Assembly: GCA_030583685.1 (NCBI GenBank)
Contig: CP129470.1
Location: 635,412 to 699,411, forward strand
Reading direction: 5' to 3'
DNA: 64,000 bases
Source: Candidatus Dojkabacteria bacterium
GTDB lineage: Bacteria; Patescibacteriota; Dojkabacteria; GCA-002793355
Position numbers and translations under genes: made by a program. Positions 29,658 to 37,581 of the stretch are shown here, piece by piece. Below the pieces are notes generated by a model. It did not search any database and was not told where the DNA came from. It was given only the letters and a program-made list of their open reading frames with translations. Each line of letters starts with the position of its first letter. Position 1 is the stretch's first letter.

Positions 29658-30407
29658 GTGACAGATGCATCAACTTTTTGGCAATCGTCCTGCTTGAATA
29701 TTACAAGAGGAAGGAGTATAATAACTATGGGACAGAGCTCGCATACGCCCGCGTACAGTCGTGAAAGTAGGGAACTGGTCGATCGTATAGGAGAGGTTAT
29801 GGCTTTTGAGGATTATCTTACGACAATTTTAGCAATTCCTTTTGAACGTATTAGGTCGAAACTGCAAACTGTTTTAGAATTACGTCAATTGTTTCCAGGC
29901 TATAGACCTGACGATGCTTGGTATCAGGGATCATTGGATGGATTACATGAGTTAAAACGAATGACCTTAGCACAAGGGTTGTTTAAGATTGGTTTTGTCC
30001 GCAACAAAATTGCGAAAAGATACATTAAACCTGCCAAGGATGCGAAGAAAGAGATGATTGTAATGCTGCTATCTCAAAGGAATGCACCAAAAAAGTTGTT
30101 CGAAAGGGATGGGGAATATCAAGGGTTACATGAACTCCTCTGCCGTAATGGGAAACCCTCAATGTTTAAGATGGCTAAAATTCTTTCTGTTGTTGCTCCG
30201 ACTTTGGCAGGGGTGATTCCCCGTGAAGTCATCACCAAAGCGATAGATACGATGCACCATACACTGTATGGTGATGCTCTTCATCAATCAGTTATCGCAA
30301 CTCGTGAAAAAGTGAAGGAATGTTCGGATGTCACCGCTGTTATCTATTGGCTTGCACTGAAAATAGCAGTAAAATTACAAAAGCAAAATGACTCGGCAGT
30401 ACCCTGA
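29658..30407 (+). CDS. hypothetical protein (the true start is probably an internal Met)
   Basis: 249-aa ORF overlapping the next ORF by 20 nt. No motif. Confidence 0.45.
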   Translation: MTDASTFWQSSCLNITRGRSIITMGQSSHTPAYSRESRELVDRIGEVMAFEDYLTTILAIPFERIRSKLQTVLELRQLFPGYRPDDAWYQGSLDGLHELKRMTLAQGLFKIGFVRNKIAKRYIKPAKDAKKEMIVMLLSQRNAPKKLFERDGEYQGLHELLCRNGKPSMFKMAKILSVVAPTLAGVIPREVITKAIDTMHHTLYGDALHQSVIATREKVKECSDVTAVIYWLALKIAVKLQKQNDSAVP

Positions 30408-31224
30408 AGAAGCATTATCAATACGTGAAACAATTGATGTTGGTATTGGAATTAAGGATTTACCTAAAGTATTAGGGGATTTCACTGGTAACTTAGAAGT
30501 GACACTACCAGGGCAGTTATTAAAACACTTTGTCTCAGAACAATTTAAGGTGCATGTCTTGGCGAAATTCGAATTAGTCAAGGGAATACAAGAATTGTCC
30601 GCACTCTTTCCCGGCCTCGGAAATAATATAGAAAGAGAAACGTGGTTACGGAGATTGTTACCTGAAGATGAATGCAAAAGTCTTCAAGAGGCTATTTGTA
30701 ACGGATATTCAACGAATAATTTGTATCGTGCATTTATTGTTGGTAAAACACTTATTCAGTATGCAGATTTTGTTCTTGAAGAGTTCATGGTTCTGTTTGG
30801 AAAAAGGGAACTCCCTCCTGATTTTCCGCAAGGAAGAAAGGGTGAACTTCAAATATTCAAGGAATTATGTAGCCAACGTCGACGAGGAGAGGAAGAAGAA
30901 AAGTTTTCGCAACAAGTCTTTGCGATTATGAAGGATGGAATGTTCTATTTTAATACTATTGACCCGACAAACAGAGAATTTGTTCTGAGAAAATGGAAAA
31001 AAATCCTCATTGCTTATGCGAATAAAGCCTACGAAGGAAGACGAGACGGAAACGACTTACTTTTAGCAAAAACGCAGCAAGAAGTAATTAATAATCTCTC
31101 TCCTGGTGCAGTGTATGTGTATGCAGCAGTCATGTTATGGAAGTATCCGTTACAGTATGATGACCAGCAACCAGTACGGAATCCCTATTCGTGGATTGAA
31201 GAGGCAAGTAAGGTAGGGAATTAA
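30388..31224 (+). CDS. hypothetical protein
   Basis: 278-aa ORF co-oriented with and overlapping the previous gene. No motif. Confidence 0.45.
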   Translation: MTRQYPEEALSIRETIDVGIGIKDLPKVLGDFTGNLEVTLPGQLLKHFVSEQFKVHVLAKFELVKGIQELSALFPGLGNNIERETWLRRLLPEDECKSLQEAICNGYSTNNLYRAFIVGKTLIQYADFVLEEFMVLFGKRELPPDFPQGRKGELQIFKELCSQRRRGEEEEKFSQQVFAIMKDGMFYFNTIDPTNREFVLRKWKKILIAYANKAYEGRRDGNDLLLAKTQQEVINNLSPGAVYVYAAVMLWKYPLQYDDQQPVRNPYSWIEEASKVGN

Positions 31225-31243
31225 CCCGCTGTATTAATACGCC

Positions 31244-31272
31244 TTGACACACTTTCAAAACTCCTATACAAT
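31244..31272 (+). promoter_or_regulatory. near-consensus sigma-70-type promoter TTGACA-17-TACAAT
   Basis: TTGACA at 31244-31249, 17-nt spacer, TACAAT at 31267-31272. Confidence 0.6.
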
Positions 31273-31278
31273 CCCCTT

Positions 31279-31484
31279 TATCATGACACAGCCAGTGGTC
31301 AAAACTCAGCCCCAGGATTCCCTGTTGGTTGCGGTTGCACGGTCGTTGTCTTCTCTTATTTCCCCCATGCGTTGGGCAAAGTATCACCTTAGCCTTTCAC
31401 TCTTTGTCCTTTTTATTAAGACATCGGGGGGATAACTTTTATCAAACATAAAAAGAAAGTTAAACCCCCGAAAGGGGGTTTTTT
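31279..31484 (+). ncRNA. candidate small RNA or 5' leader/attenuator of about 200 nt, bounded by the promoter above and an intrinsic terminator
   Basis: No credible ORF: the 63-aa ORF at 31244-31435 starts inside the -35 box. The transcript ends in a strong terminator immediately (18 nt) before the next ATG. Confidence 0.4.
31462..31484 (+). terminator. Rho-independent terminator: CCCCC-GAAA-GGGGG stem-loop followed by TTTTTT
   Basis: aaacccccgaaagggggtttttt read directly. GNRA-type GAAA loop, 5-bp GC stem plus flanking A/U pairs, 6-T tract. Confidence 0.8.
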
Positions 31485-31501
31485 AGTTAATAAACATAAA
31501 A

Positions 31502-32584
31502 ATGAAAACATACCTGGTCCCAGTCCATGTGGACCCAGTAAAACCAATGAATCCGAGTCACTTGAGACATATATTGTATGTGGACTTTCTTTATAGGCAA
31601 TTTAAGGCTCTTGGTCATGACGTGGTGTATTTATACAATAGGTTGTGTTTTGATGTATCAAACCAGGTTATTAAGCTCGCAAAGTTTTTAGAATCTAGGA
31701 AAAGTAAAGTAGAAACCTCACTAGATATTGGGTTGCAGTACATTCAAATGACCTCAGAGAGATTTGAGATTGATGCTGATACCCTCTATGAAGAACGCGC
31801 ACAACAACAAACACACTTACATGGATATCCATATTATTCTATTCTGTTAGAGGATTGGAAGCGTGAGCATGAACTCTTAGACGTATTTGACCCAGGCTTT
31901 AGGTCTCCACGACGAATCAGGTTGACAGTACAAGAGGTGAGTACTGTTTTGAACGATCTTGGAGTGATATTTGACGCACGAAGAATTGATGGGAACATTT
32001 ATCTCGATTTGACTCCAGAAGGATTGCCAATGAGGAAGATTATTGGGGTGAATGAATATAGTTATAACTATTTGTTTATTGTTCTCAGGGAGCTGTTCGA
32101 GTACGTAAAGAAAGGAGATGAAGTATATTTTGTTTTTGATCCTGACTTGAGTTTAGACTATGAGTTGCTGAAGAGAGTCTTGAAAAAATACGGATGTCAC
32201 GTATTCAACCTAACAACCTCTCGGATTTCATTAGGTGGAAAAATACAATCAGCACGTAAAGGTGGATGGCAGGGATATACAACTAAAGATATTTTACATA
32301 GGTATACGCCCCGATTTTCTAGTAATAGCATAGGTCTAGCGATAAGACATTATCTTCTTGCAAAAAATGCAGTACATAAGCAATTTGATTTTTCTTATGA
32401 TGAATTTGAAAAATCGTTTGAGTTTGCACAAGCAGTTGAGAAGAAGTATGGCAGTCTTTCTTTTTCAGAGCTGATTGAAAAAGTCTATTCTCCAAATAGC
32501 GATTATTCTCCACCTTTGACGCGTAGTTTTAATATTTGGAGCACAAAAATTGAGAAAAATAAATCAAACGAGACAAAAAGATGA
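31502..32584 (+). CDS. class-I aminoacyl-tRNA-synthetase-like catalytic-domain protein (CysRS/MshC-type paralog) with a degenerate HIGH motif (HLRH)
   Basis: NPSHLRHILYVDFLYRQFKALGHDVVYLYN aligns with the CysRS/MshC pattern CHIGHaRs...D...RyLr..GydV.yv.N. A possible KMSKS-like stretch GGKIQSARKG appears at about residue 245. 360 aa, about the size of a catalytic core alone, with no anticodon-binding domain. Confidence 0.4.
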   Translation: MKTYLVPVHVDPVKPMNPSHLRHILYVDFLYRQFKALGHDVVYLYNRLCFDVSNQVIKLAKFLESRKSKVETSLDIGLQYIQMTSERFEIDADTLYEERAQQQTHLHGYPYYSILLEDWKREHELLDVFDPGFRSPRRIRLTVQEVSTVLNDLGVIFDARRIDGNIYLDLTPEGLPMRKIIGVNEYSYNYLFIVLRELFEYVKKGDEVYFVFDPDLSLDYELLKRVLKKYGCHVFNLTTSRISLGGKIQSARKGGWQGYTTKDILHRYTPRFSSNSIGLAIRHYLLAKNAVHKQFDFSYDEFEKSFEFAQAVEKKYGSLSFSELIEKVYSPNSDYSPPLTRSFNIWSTKIEKNKSNETKR

Positions 32585-33237
32585 AGGTGTCAAATCTGTA
32601 TCTCAATCAAGCGAAATTACAAGAGTACTATATGAGTCGAGTACAAGCAGCAGAATATGTTCCCGGAGAAGAGAGCAAAAATGCGATTGTAGTAATTTTA
32701 TTTGAGTATACTTTTGAAGAGTATGCACACGCATTGTTTAAATTGCATGAATCATTATTGGATGAAGAAAAAACAGTATGGCTTCAAAATTTTACGGAAA
32801 CTCATTTTCTTTTAGGGAATCCGCGTACTGTTTGTCAGAAAGATCCTGAAGACTTTGTTTATATTTCTGACGCGATTGCAGTTTCTCGACTTCTGCCAAG
32901 TAAGGTCGCAAAAGGGTACGTCTCCCGATGTCCTCGGTATTCACCAATCAAATCAAGAGTCATGCAATACGCTGCCATTTCTCAGAAGGAATCAGAAAGA
33001 CTTGAAGTGGTATTGTGTCGTTCAGATATTCCCGAAGAAATAGTGCTTATTGATTTATCTCATGTTGTCAATGAATACTTGATTAATAACCCTCTCGAGA
33101 TTGGAAAAGTGGTTAGTATTAAGTTCTTATCTGAACGAGAACAAGGTGAGGATGTGGTTTCATGGGACAGAACTCGAGTTGTATTCAATGCAGATGTAAA
33201 AGAATATGAATTAAGAGCATATATACGTGAATTCTAA
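32581..33237 (+). CDS. hypothetical protein
   Basis: 218 aa, overlaps the neighbours by 4 and 11 nt (operonic). No motif. Confidence 0.45.
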   Translation: MKVSNLYLNQAKLQEYYMSRVQAAEYVPGEESKNAIVVILFEYTFEEYAHALFKLHESLLDEEKTVWLQNFTETHFLLGNPRTVCQKDPEDFVYISDAIAVSRLLPSKVAKGYVSRCPRYSPIKSRVMQYAAISQKESERLEVVLCRSDIPEEIVLIDLSHVVNEYLINNPLEIGKVVSIKFLSEREQGEDVVSWDRTRVVFNADVKEYELRAYIREF

Positions 33238-33865
33238 TACAAAAAAATTCATAGTCCTGCTTGGCGGTGACGGAGCAGGGAAAACGTCGGTAATCAAAAA
33301 TTTGGGGCTGGATTGTTGTAGTGTCATTTCGTATTCTGAAACTCCGGTTTCCAATCGAATAGAATCTATGTGTGAAATTGAAAAGATTGTTCGCAAGGAC
33401 CTCCTCCCTCAATTTTCTACCATGTCTCCGCAGTTTAGAGTTGCAGTCTACAACTTATTTGTTGCCTATATGGCCGAGTCAATTTCTCATGAAATATGTC
33501 GAAACAATGTCATTTGCGACTCATATTATTACAAGTTCATGGCAAAGGAAATTTTATCAGGTGTCGATGCGAACCAGTTGCAGATTTGGAAAACACTCCA
33601 AAGGCCAGATGCCGTTGTGTATTTAGATGCTGATCCACGTCTTGCTTACAGAAGGATAAAAAAAACTCGTGCTATTCAAAGTAATGAAAAATTCGTAGAC
33701 GATCGAGAGGAAGAAGGATTTATTCGGTTACAAAAACGATTAAAAGAACAAATGATTGAGATTATTCGAAAATCCAATATCCCCCTCAGTCTCGTGGACG
33801 CGAACAAACCATTGAAGGATGTTTGTCTGCAAGTTCAAAATAATATTATTGAAATCTTAAAATGA
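33227..33865 (+). CDS. thymidylate-kinase-family (Tmk-like) nucleoside monophosphate kinase paralog
   Basis: Walker A KFIVLLGGDGAGKTS aligns with Tmk KYIVIEGLEGAGKTT. ICDSYYYKFMA aligns with the DRH/Y..S.AYQ region. The lid PDAVVYLDADPRLAYRRIKK aligns with PDLTLYLDV.PEV.LKR. The DR(Y/H) motif is replaced by DSY. Confidence 0.6.
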   Translation: MNSNTKKFIVLLGGDGAGKTSVIKNLGLDCCSVISYSETPVSNRIESMCEIEKIVRKDLLPQFSTMSPQFRVAVYNLFVAYMAESISHEICRNNVICDSYYYKFMAKEILSGVDANQLQIWKTLQRPDAVVYLDADPRLAYRRIKKTRAIQSNEKFVDDREEEGFIRLQKRLKEQMIEIIRKSNIPLSLVDANKPLKDVCLQVQNNIIEILK

Positions 33866-34638
33866 ATTTGGGGTTAAAAGACAAAAAAATTGTTGTTACC
33901 GGTGGTGCGAGTGGGATAGGAAAGGCAATCGCACTCGATCTCTGTAGAGAAGGAGCTTTCCCTATAATTATTGATCGTGATGAGTCTGCACTTTTACGTC
34001 TTAGGAAGGAGATAGGTGATGCAAGGATAAAAACATTTGTCTGTGATTTGTCTGATTGTTTAGAAACAAAACAGGTAATTTCACAGATTAATAAAATATT
34101 CGGAGATGAAATCTATGGCTTGGTTAACAATGCTGGAGTAAACGACGGGGTTAGTCTTTTGGACGGAATTTCCGCATTTCAGGCTTCATTACAAAGAAAC
34201 TTGATTCACTATTTTCAAATGACCAGTGGGTTGATGGAAAGTATCAAAAAAAATCAAGGGTCAATACTCAATATCTCTTCAAAAGTTGCTGAAACGGGGC
34301 AAGGAGGAACATCAGGATATGCTGCTGCAAAAGGAGCAATTAATGCGTTAACAAGAGAGTGGGCACTTGAGCTTGCGCAGTATGGAGTAGATGTAAATTG
34401 TATCGTTCCCGCTGAAGTGATAACACCTCAATATGAAAAGTGGATAAAAAACGAATCTGATTCTCGAAAAGTTCGGAACATACTTCGTAAGATTAACCTG
34501 GGAAAGCGTCTTACCAGACCAGAAGAAGTAGCAGATTTCGCAATATTCTTGCTGTCACAAAGAAACACACACACAACGGGGCAGTTAGTCTTTGTGGATG
34601 GTGGATATACGCACTTAGATGATTCAACGTCAGTATGA
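33862..34638 (+). CDS. short-chain dehydrogenase/reductase (SDR)
   Basis: TGGASGIGKAIALDL (TGxxxGIG), NNAG, and the catalytic YAAAKGA (YxxxK). 258 aa. Confidence 0.85.
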   Translation: MNLGLKDKKIVVTGGASGIGKAIALDLCREGAFPIIIDRDESALLRLRKEIGDARIKTFVCDLSDCLETKQVISQINKIFGDEIYGLVNNAGVNDGVSLLDGISAFQASLQRNLIHYFQMTSGLMESIKKNQGSILNISSKVAETGQGGTSGYAAAKGAINALTREWALELAQYGVDVNCIVPAEVITPQYEKWIKNESDSRKVRNILRKINLGKRLTRPEEVADFAIFLLSQRNTHTTGQLVFVDGGYTHLDDSTSV

Positions 34639-35297
34639 AAGAGAAGTTTATGACAAAAATCAGAAAGTTTGCAAAAGAGTGCATGGGAAAAGTTCCAGCG
34701 CACGGTTATGACCATGCTTTCCGAGTCGGAATAATGGCCCGGAATATTGCACGAAAGGAAAGCTTAAAAAAATTATACCTGTATGAAATCGCAGGTCTTC
34801 TGCATGATATTGGGTTGGATTTTCCCGACAGGTCAAAACACGGGGAGATTGGAGCAAAGAAAGCTTACAGCTTCTTGAGACAAGAGACGGATTTGTCTAT
34901 CACAGAATTATCTGAAATTACGTATGCGATTTCTTATCACAACCGGAAGCTATCAGCACCAAAGCATTCTCTTATACTTGATGTTCTTGCAGACGCTGAT
35001 ACGTTAGATTTATTGGGGGCAATAGGGATTTGGAGAGGAATCCAATCTCGTGCAGATGCTAATCTCCCTTCTCCGAGACAAGTAGCAGCTGCGATGAATC
35101 GATTTGAAGAGTATAACAAGAGCCGGAAAGATAAACGCGAAAACAACACGCATAGTATTGCTGAACAAATTAATTTTCAGATTCAATCTGCCAAGATAAT
35201 TACAACAAGTACGGGTAAAAAGATGGCAGAACCTTTACTTGCAACAATGAGGCATTTCCGATACATGATTGTCGAAGAGTTAACCCAATCTAAGTAG
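34635..35297 (+). CDS. HD-domain metal-dependent phosphohydrolase
   Basis: H...HD motif: HGYDHAFRV ... LLHDIGL. 220 aa. Confidence 0.65.
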   Translation: MKEKFMTKIRKFAKECMGKVPAHGYDHAFRVGIMARNIARKESLKKLYLYEIAGLLHDIGLDFPDRSKHGEIGAKKAYSFLRQETDLSITELSEITYAISYHNRKLSAPKHSLILDVLADADTLDLLGAIGIWRGIQSRADANLPSPRQVAAAMNRFEEYNKSRKDKRENNTHSIAEQINFQIQSAKIITTSTGKKMAEPLLATMRHFRYMIVEELTQSK

Positions 35298-35301
35298 CAT
35301 T

Positions 35302-35502
35302 ATGAACGAATTTCTTGATTCACACATCCCTTTGTGGAAGTATAAGAAGAAAGATTACTTCTTTGAAAAGTATCTTTTGAGAATTGGAAACGCCGAAAAG
35401 CTCTTTTGTGGTGGAGTTTTAGTTCAGGTACGACAAGGTAGGAATGAAACAGTTTACAGAAACTTATATACGGTATTTTTGACAGAATATGGTGAAATAT
35501 AA
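35302..35502 (+). pseudogene. decayed duplicate of the N-terminus of the amidohydrolase gene at 36736
   Basis: MNEFLDSHIPLWKY...CGGVLVQVRQGRNETVY against MNIIDTHIHLWKY...SGGVLVQARQSGEETEF of the ORF at 36736-37581. The metal-binding His is replaced (HIHLW to HIPLW) and the copy is truncated at 66 aa. Confidence 0.5.
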
Positions 35503-36739
35503 AGAAAATATGACTTCACAGGGCGGAATTGGCATAATTCCGGAGCAAGTGCTTTTGGCGCTTTTGGAGTATTCTCTTAATAGAAGTGTATTGACTAATA
35601 AGGCAGGTCTGATGGTTAAGATGAGTTATGGGAATGAGAGGGTATTTGCTGGTCGATATGGATTGCTTGCTGAGTGTCCTTTTGATACAAGATTCCCAGT
35701 GGGTTCTATCTCAAAGGTTAAGGTGTTAGGAGAAATTCTTAGCCTCGTATCAGAAGGCAAAGTAGTGCTAAACGAGCAGATTAAGGCCTACTTACCATGG
35801 TTAGCTGACTCAGCTGTTGGACAAAAACAAATTTTCACAATTTTTAACCATAGTACTGGACTATCAAGAGATGGTCTCTGGGGGAATGGTATAACACCAG
35901 AATATCCATCTGAAGTTGAGTTGAGGGCATATGTACGGGAATGCTCACTTGTTGAGGACATTGTGTGGAAGTATTCAAACATCGGCTTCGAGATAGCTCG
36001 TATGATTATTGAAAGTGTAACAGGGCGAGTGTATCCAAACTCTTTGTCAAGGAAAAACGATTTGCAAGTCTCTTTGTATGGTTTTGCTGATGAGGGAAGT
36101 TTGATTGCAGTACCTCATGAAGATCCCAAAGCTATGACTGCTTCTATTGGGCAATACATGTCTCTCGATGAAATTATTACGCTTTACCAATCTACAGTGC
36201 AGAAATATTCGAAGTTCATCTTTGATGAGCAATATCGAGTCGAACGTGCACCAGAACCTGTTTGGTTACTTGGTGTTTCTGAATGGCAAGATGTAAAGGA
36301 GGAGGTATATCATGGTCACCAAGGAAATGGATATGGATACTCTGTAAAAGTCGCAGTGACGCAGAGCTTAGAACACAGTGTCGTGATTTTCAGTAATGTC
36401 ATAAAGTACCCAGTGCATGAGATTTCAAACAAGCTTCTGCGAATCGCTAAACTGCTTTCTGCTACAAAACTAAAGAGCGCAGTAGGCTGGAAGGTGACGA
36501 AATTTCAGAATCGTACCTTAGCTCTCCTTGTTGCATATAACAGTGAGAGTGCGTTCTTCTTTCGTGAGGGAAATCATACTTTTTACGATTGGGTGATGCA
36601 GGCGGATGGGGATATTACCACTGGAGCTCTCATAAATAGAGGAGGAACTAATGCATTTATAGGAGAAATTGCAACAATTAATCAGGAGGAATTGACGATT
36701 GGTCCGTATAAACTTGAGAAAAAGAATAAGTTATTATGA
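35489..36739 (+). CDS. beta-lactamase-fold serine hydrolase (class C beta-lactamase / D-aminopeptidase / esterase superfamily)
   Basis: SxxK active-site motif in the typical context FPVGSISKVKVLGEIL. 416 aa. Confidence 0.6.
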   Translation: MVKYKENMTSQGGIGIIPEQVLLALLEYSLNRSVLTNKAGLMVKMSYGNERVFAGRYGLLAECPFDTRFPVGSISKVKVLGEILSLVSEGKVVLNEQIKAYLPWLADSAVGQKQIFTIFNHSTGLSRDGLWGNGITPEYPSEVELRAYVRECSLVEDIVWKYSNIGFEIARMIIESVTGRVYPNSLSRKNDLQVSLYGFADEGSLIAVPHEDPKAMTASIGQYMSLDEIITLYQSTVQKYSKFIFDEQYRVERAPEPVWLLGVSEWQDVKEEVYHGHQGNGYGYSVKVAVTQSLEHSVVIFSNVIKYPVHEISNKLLRIAKLLSATKLKSAVGWKVTKFQNRTLALLVAYNSESAFFFREGNHTFYDWVMQADGDITTGALINRGGTNAFIGEIATINQEELTIGPYKLEKKNKLL

Positions 36740-37581
36740 ATATCATTGATACACATATTCATCTTTGGAAGTATATTCCTGAGCAGTATTCATGGATTAC
36801 GGAGGAGATGAAAGTACTTAAGCAGGATTTCCTGTATTCACAGTATAAACAGCAAGTAAAGAGTTCTGGAGGAGTCCTTGTTCAAGCCAGACAGTCAGGG
36901 GAGGAGACTGAATTTCTGTGTGGTATCGCAAATCAGTATAATGATGTTATCGCAGTTGTTGGTTGGATGGATTACCAAGAGGATGAGCCTTCACAAATGA
37001 TAGCAAGAATTAAAGAACAACCACAATATGCAAAACTGACTGGTTTTCGACATTTAGTTCAAGATGAGCCTGATTTGAGATTTATGCTTCAGGAAAAGTT
37101 TAGATCATACCTTGAGCTACTTGCTAAGGAGAACTATACCTATGATGTTCTTATTCGCTCCCATCAAATGAAACAGTTTCTTGAGTATTTGCATACAACC
37201 GAGACTAATAAACAACCTGTGCTGGTTTTGGATCATATTGCAAAACCTGTTATTGGGGGACCTAAAGAATTATTTAACAAATGGCAACAGGACATACGGG
37301 AAATTGCGAAACACGAGAATGTGAATTGTAAGATATCTGGACTCTTAACAGAAGCGAGTACCGGTTCAACTCCAATTTTCACTCCATATCTTGAGGTAGT
37401 GCTTGAAGCTTTCGGAGTCGACCGACTCGTTTTGGGATCTGATTGGCCAGTGTGTACTTTGAGAGGGTCGGGGACTCAATCACTTTCGGTTTCTGTAGAT
37501 TTCTTGCAAGCCAATCTTGTTCAATCTGATTTAGAAAAAATACTTAATTTAAATGCCATACGGATATATGGAAAAAATTAG
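36736..37581 (+). CDS. TIM-barrel metal-dependent amidohydrolase (Amidohydro_2 / COG3618-like)
   Basis: N-terminal metal-binding motif IDTHIHLW. 281 aa. A paralogous fragment lies at 35302. Confidence 0.6.
   Translation: MNIIDTHIHLWKYIPEQYSWITEEMKVLKQDFLYSQYKQQVKSSGGVLVQARQSGEETEFLCGIANQYNDVIAVVGWMDYQEDEPSQMIARIKEQPQYAKLTGFRHLVQDEPDLRFMLQEKFRSYLELLAKENYTYDVLIRSHQMKQFLEYLHTTETNKQPVLVLDHIAKPVIGGPKELFNKWQQDIREIAKHENVNCKISGLLTEASTGSTPIFTPYLEVVLEAFGVDRLVLGSDWPVCTLRGSGTQSLSVSVDFLQANLVQSDLEKILNLNAIRIYGKN

Noticed and set aside
31244-31435. 63-aa ORF (MTHFQNSY…) spanning the promoter-terminator unit
   Set aside because: Its ATG lies inside the -35 hexamer of the only plausible promoter, so it cannot be on the transcript. 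The region is better explained as non-coding RNA or leader.
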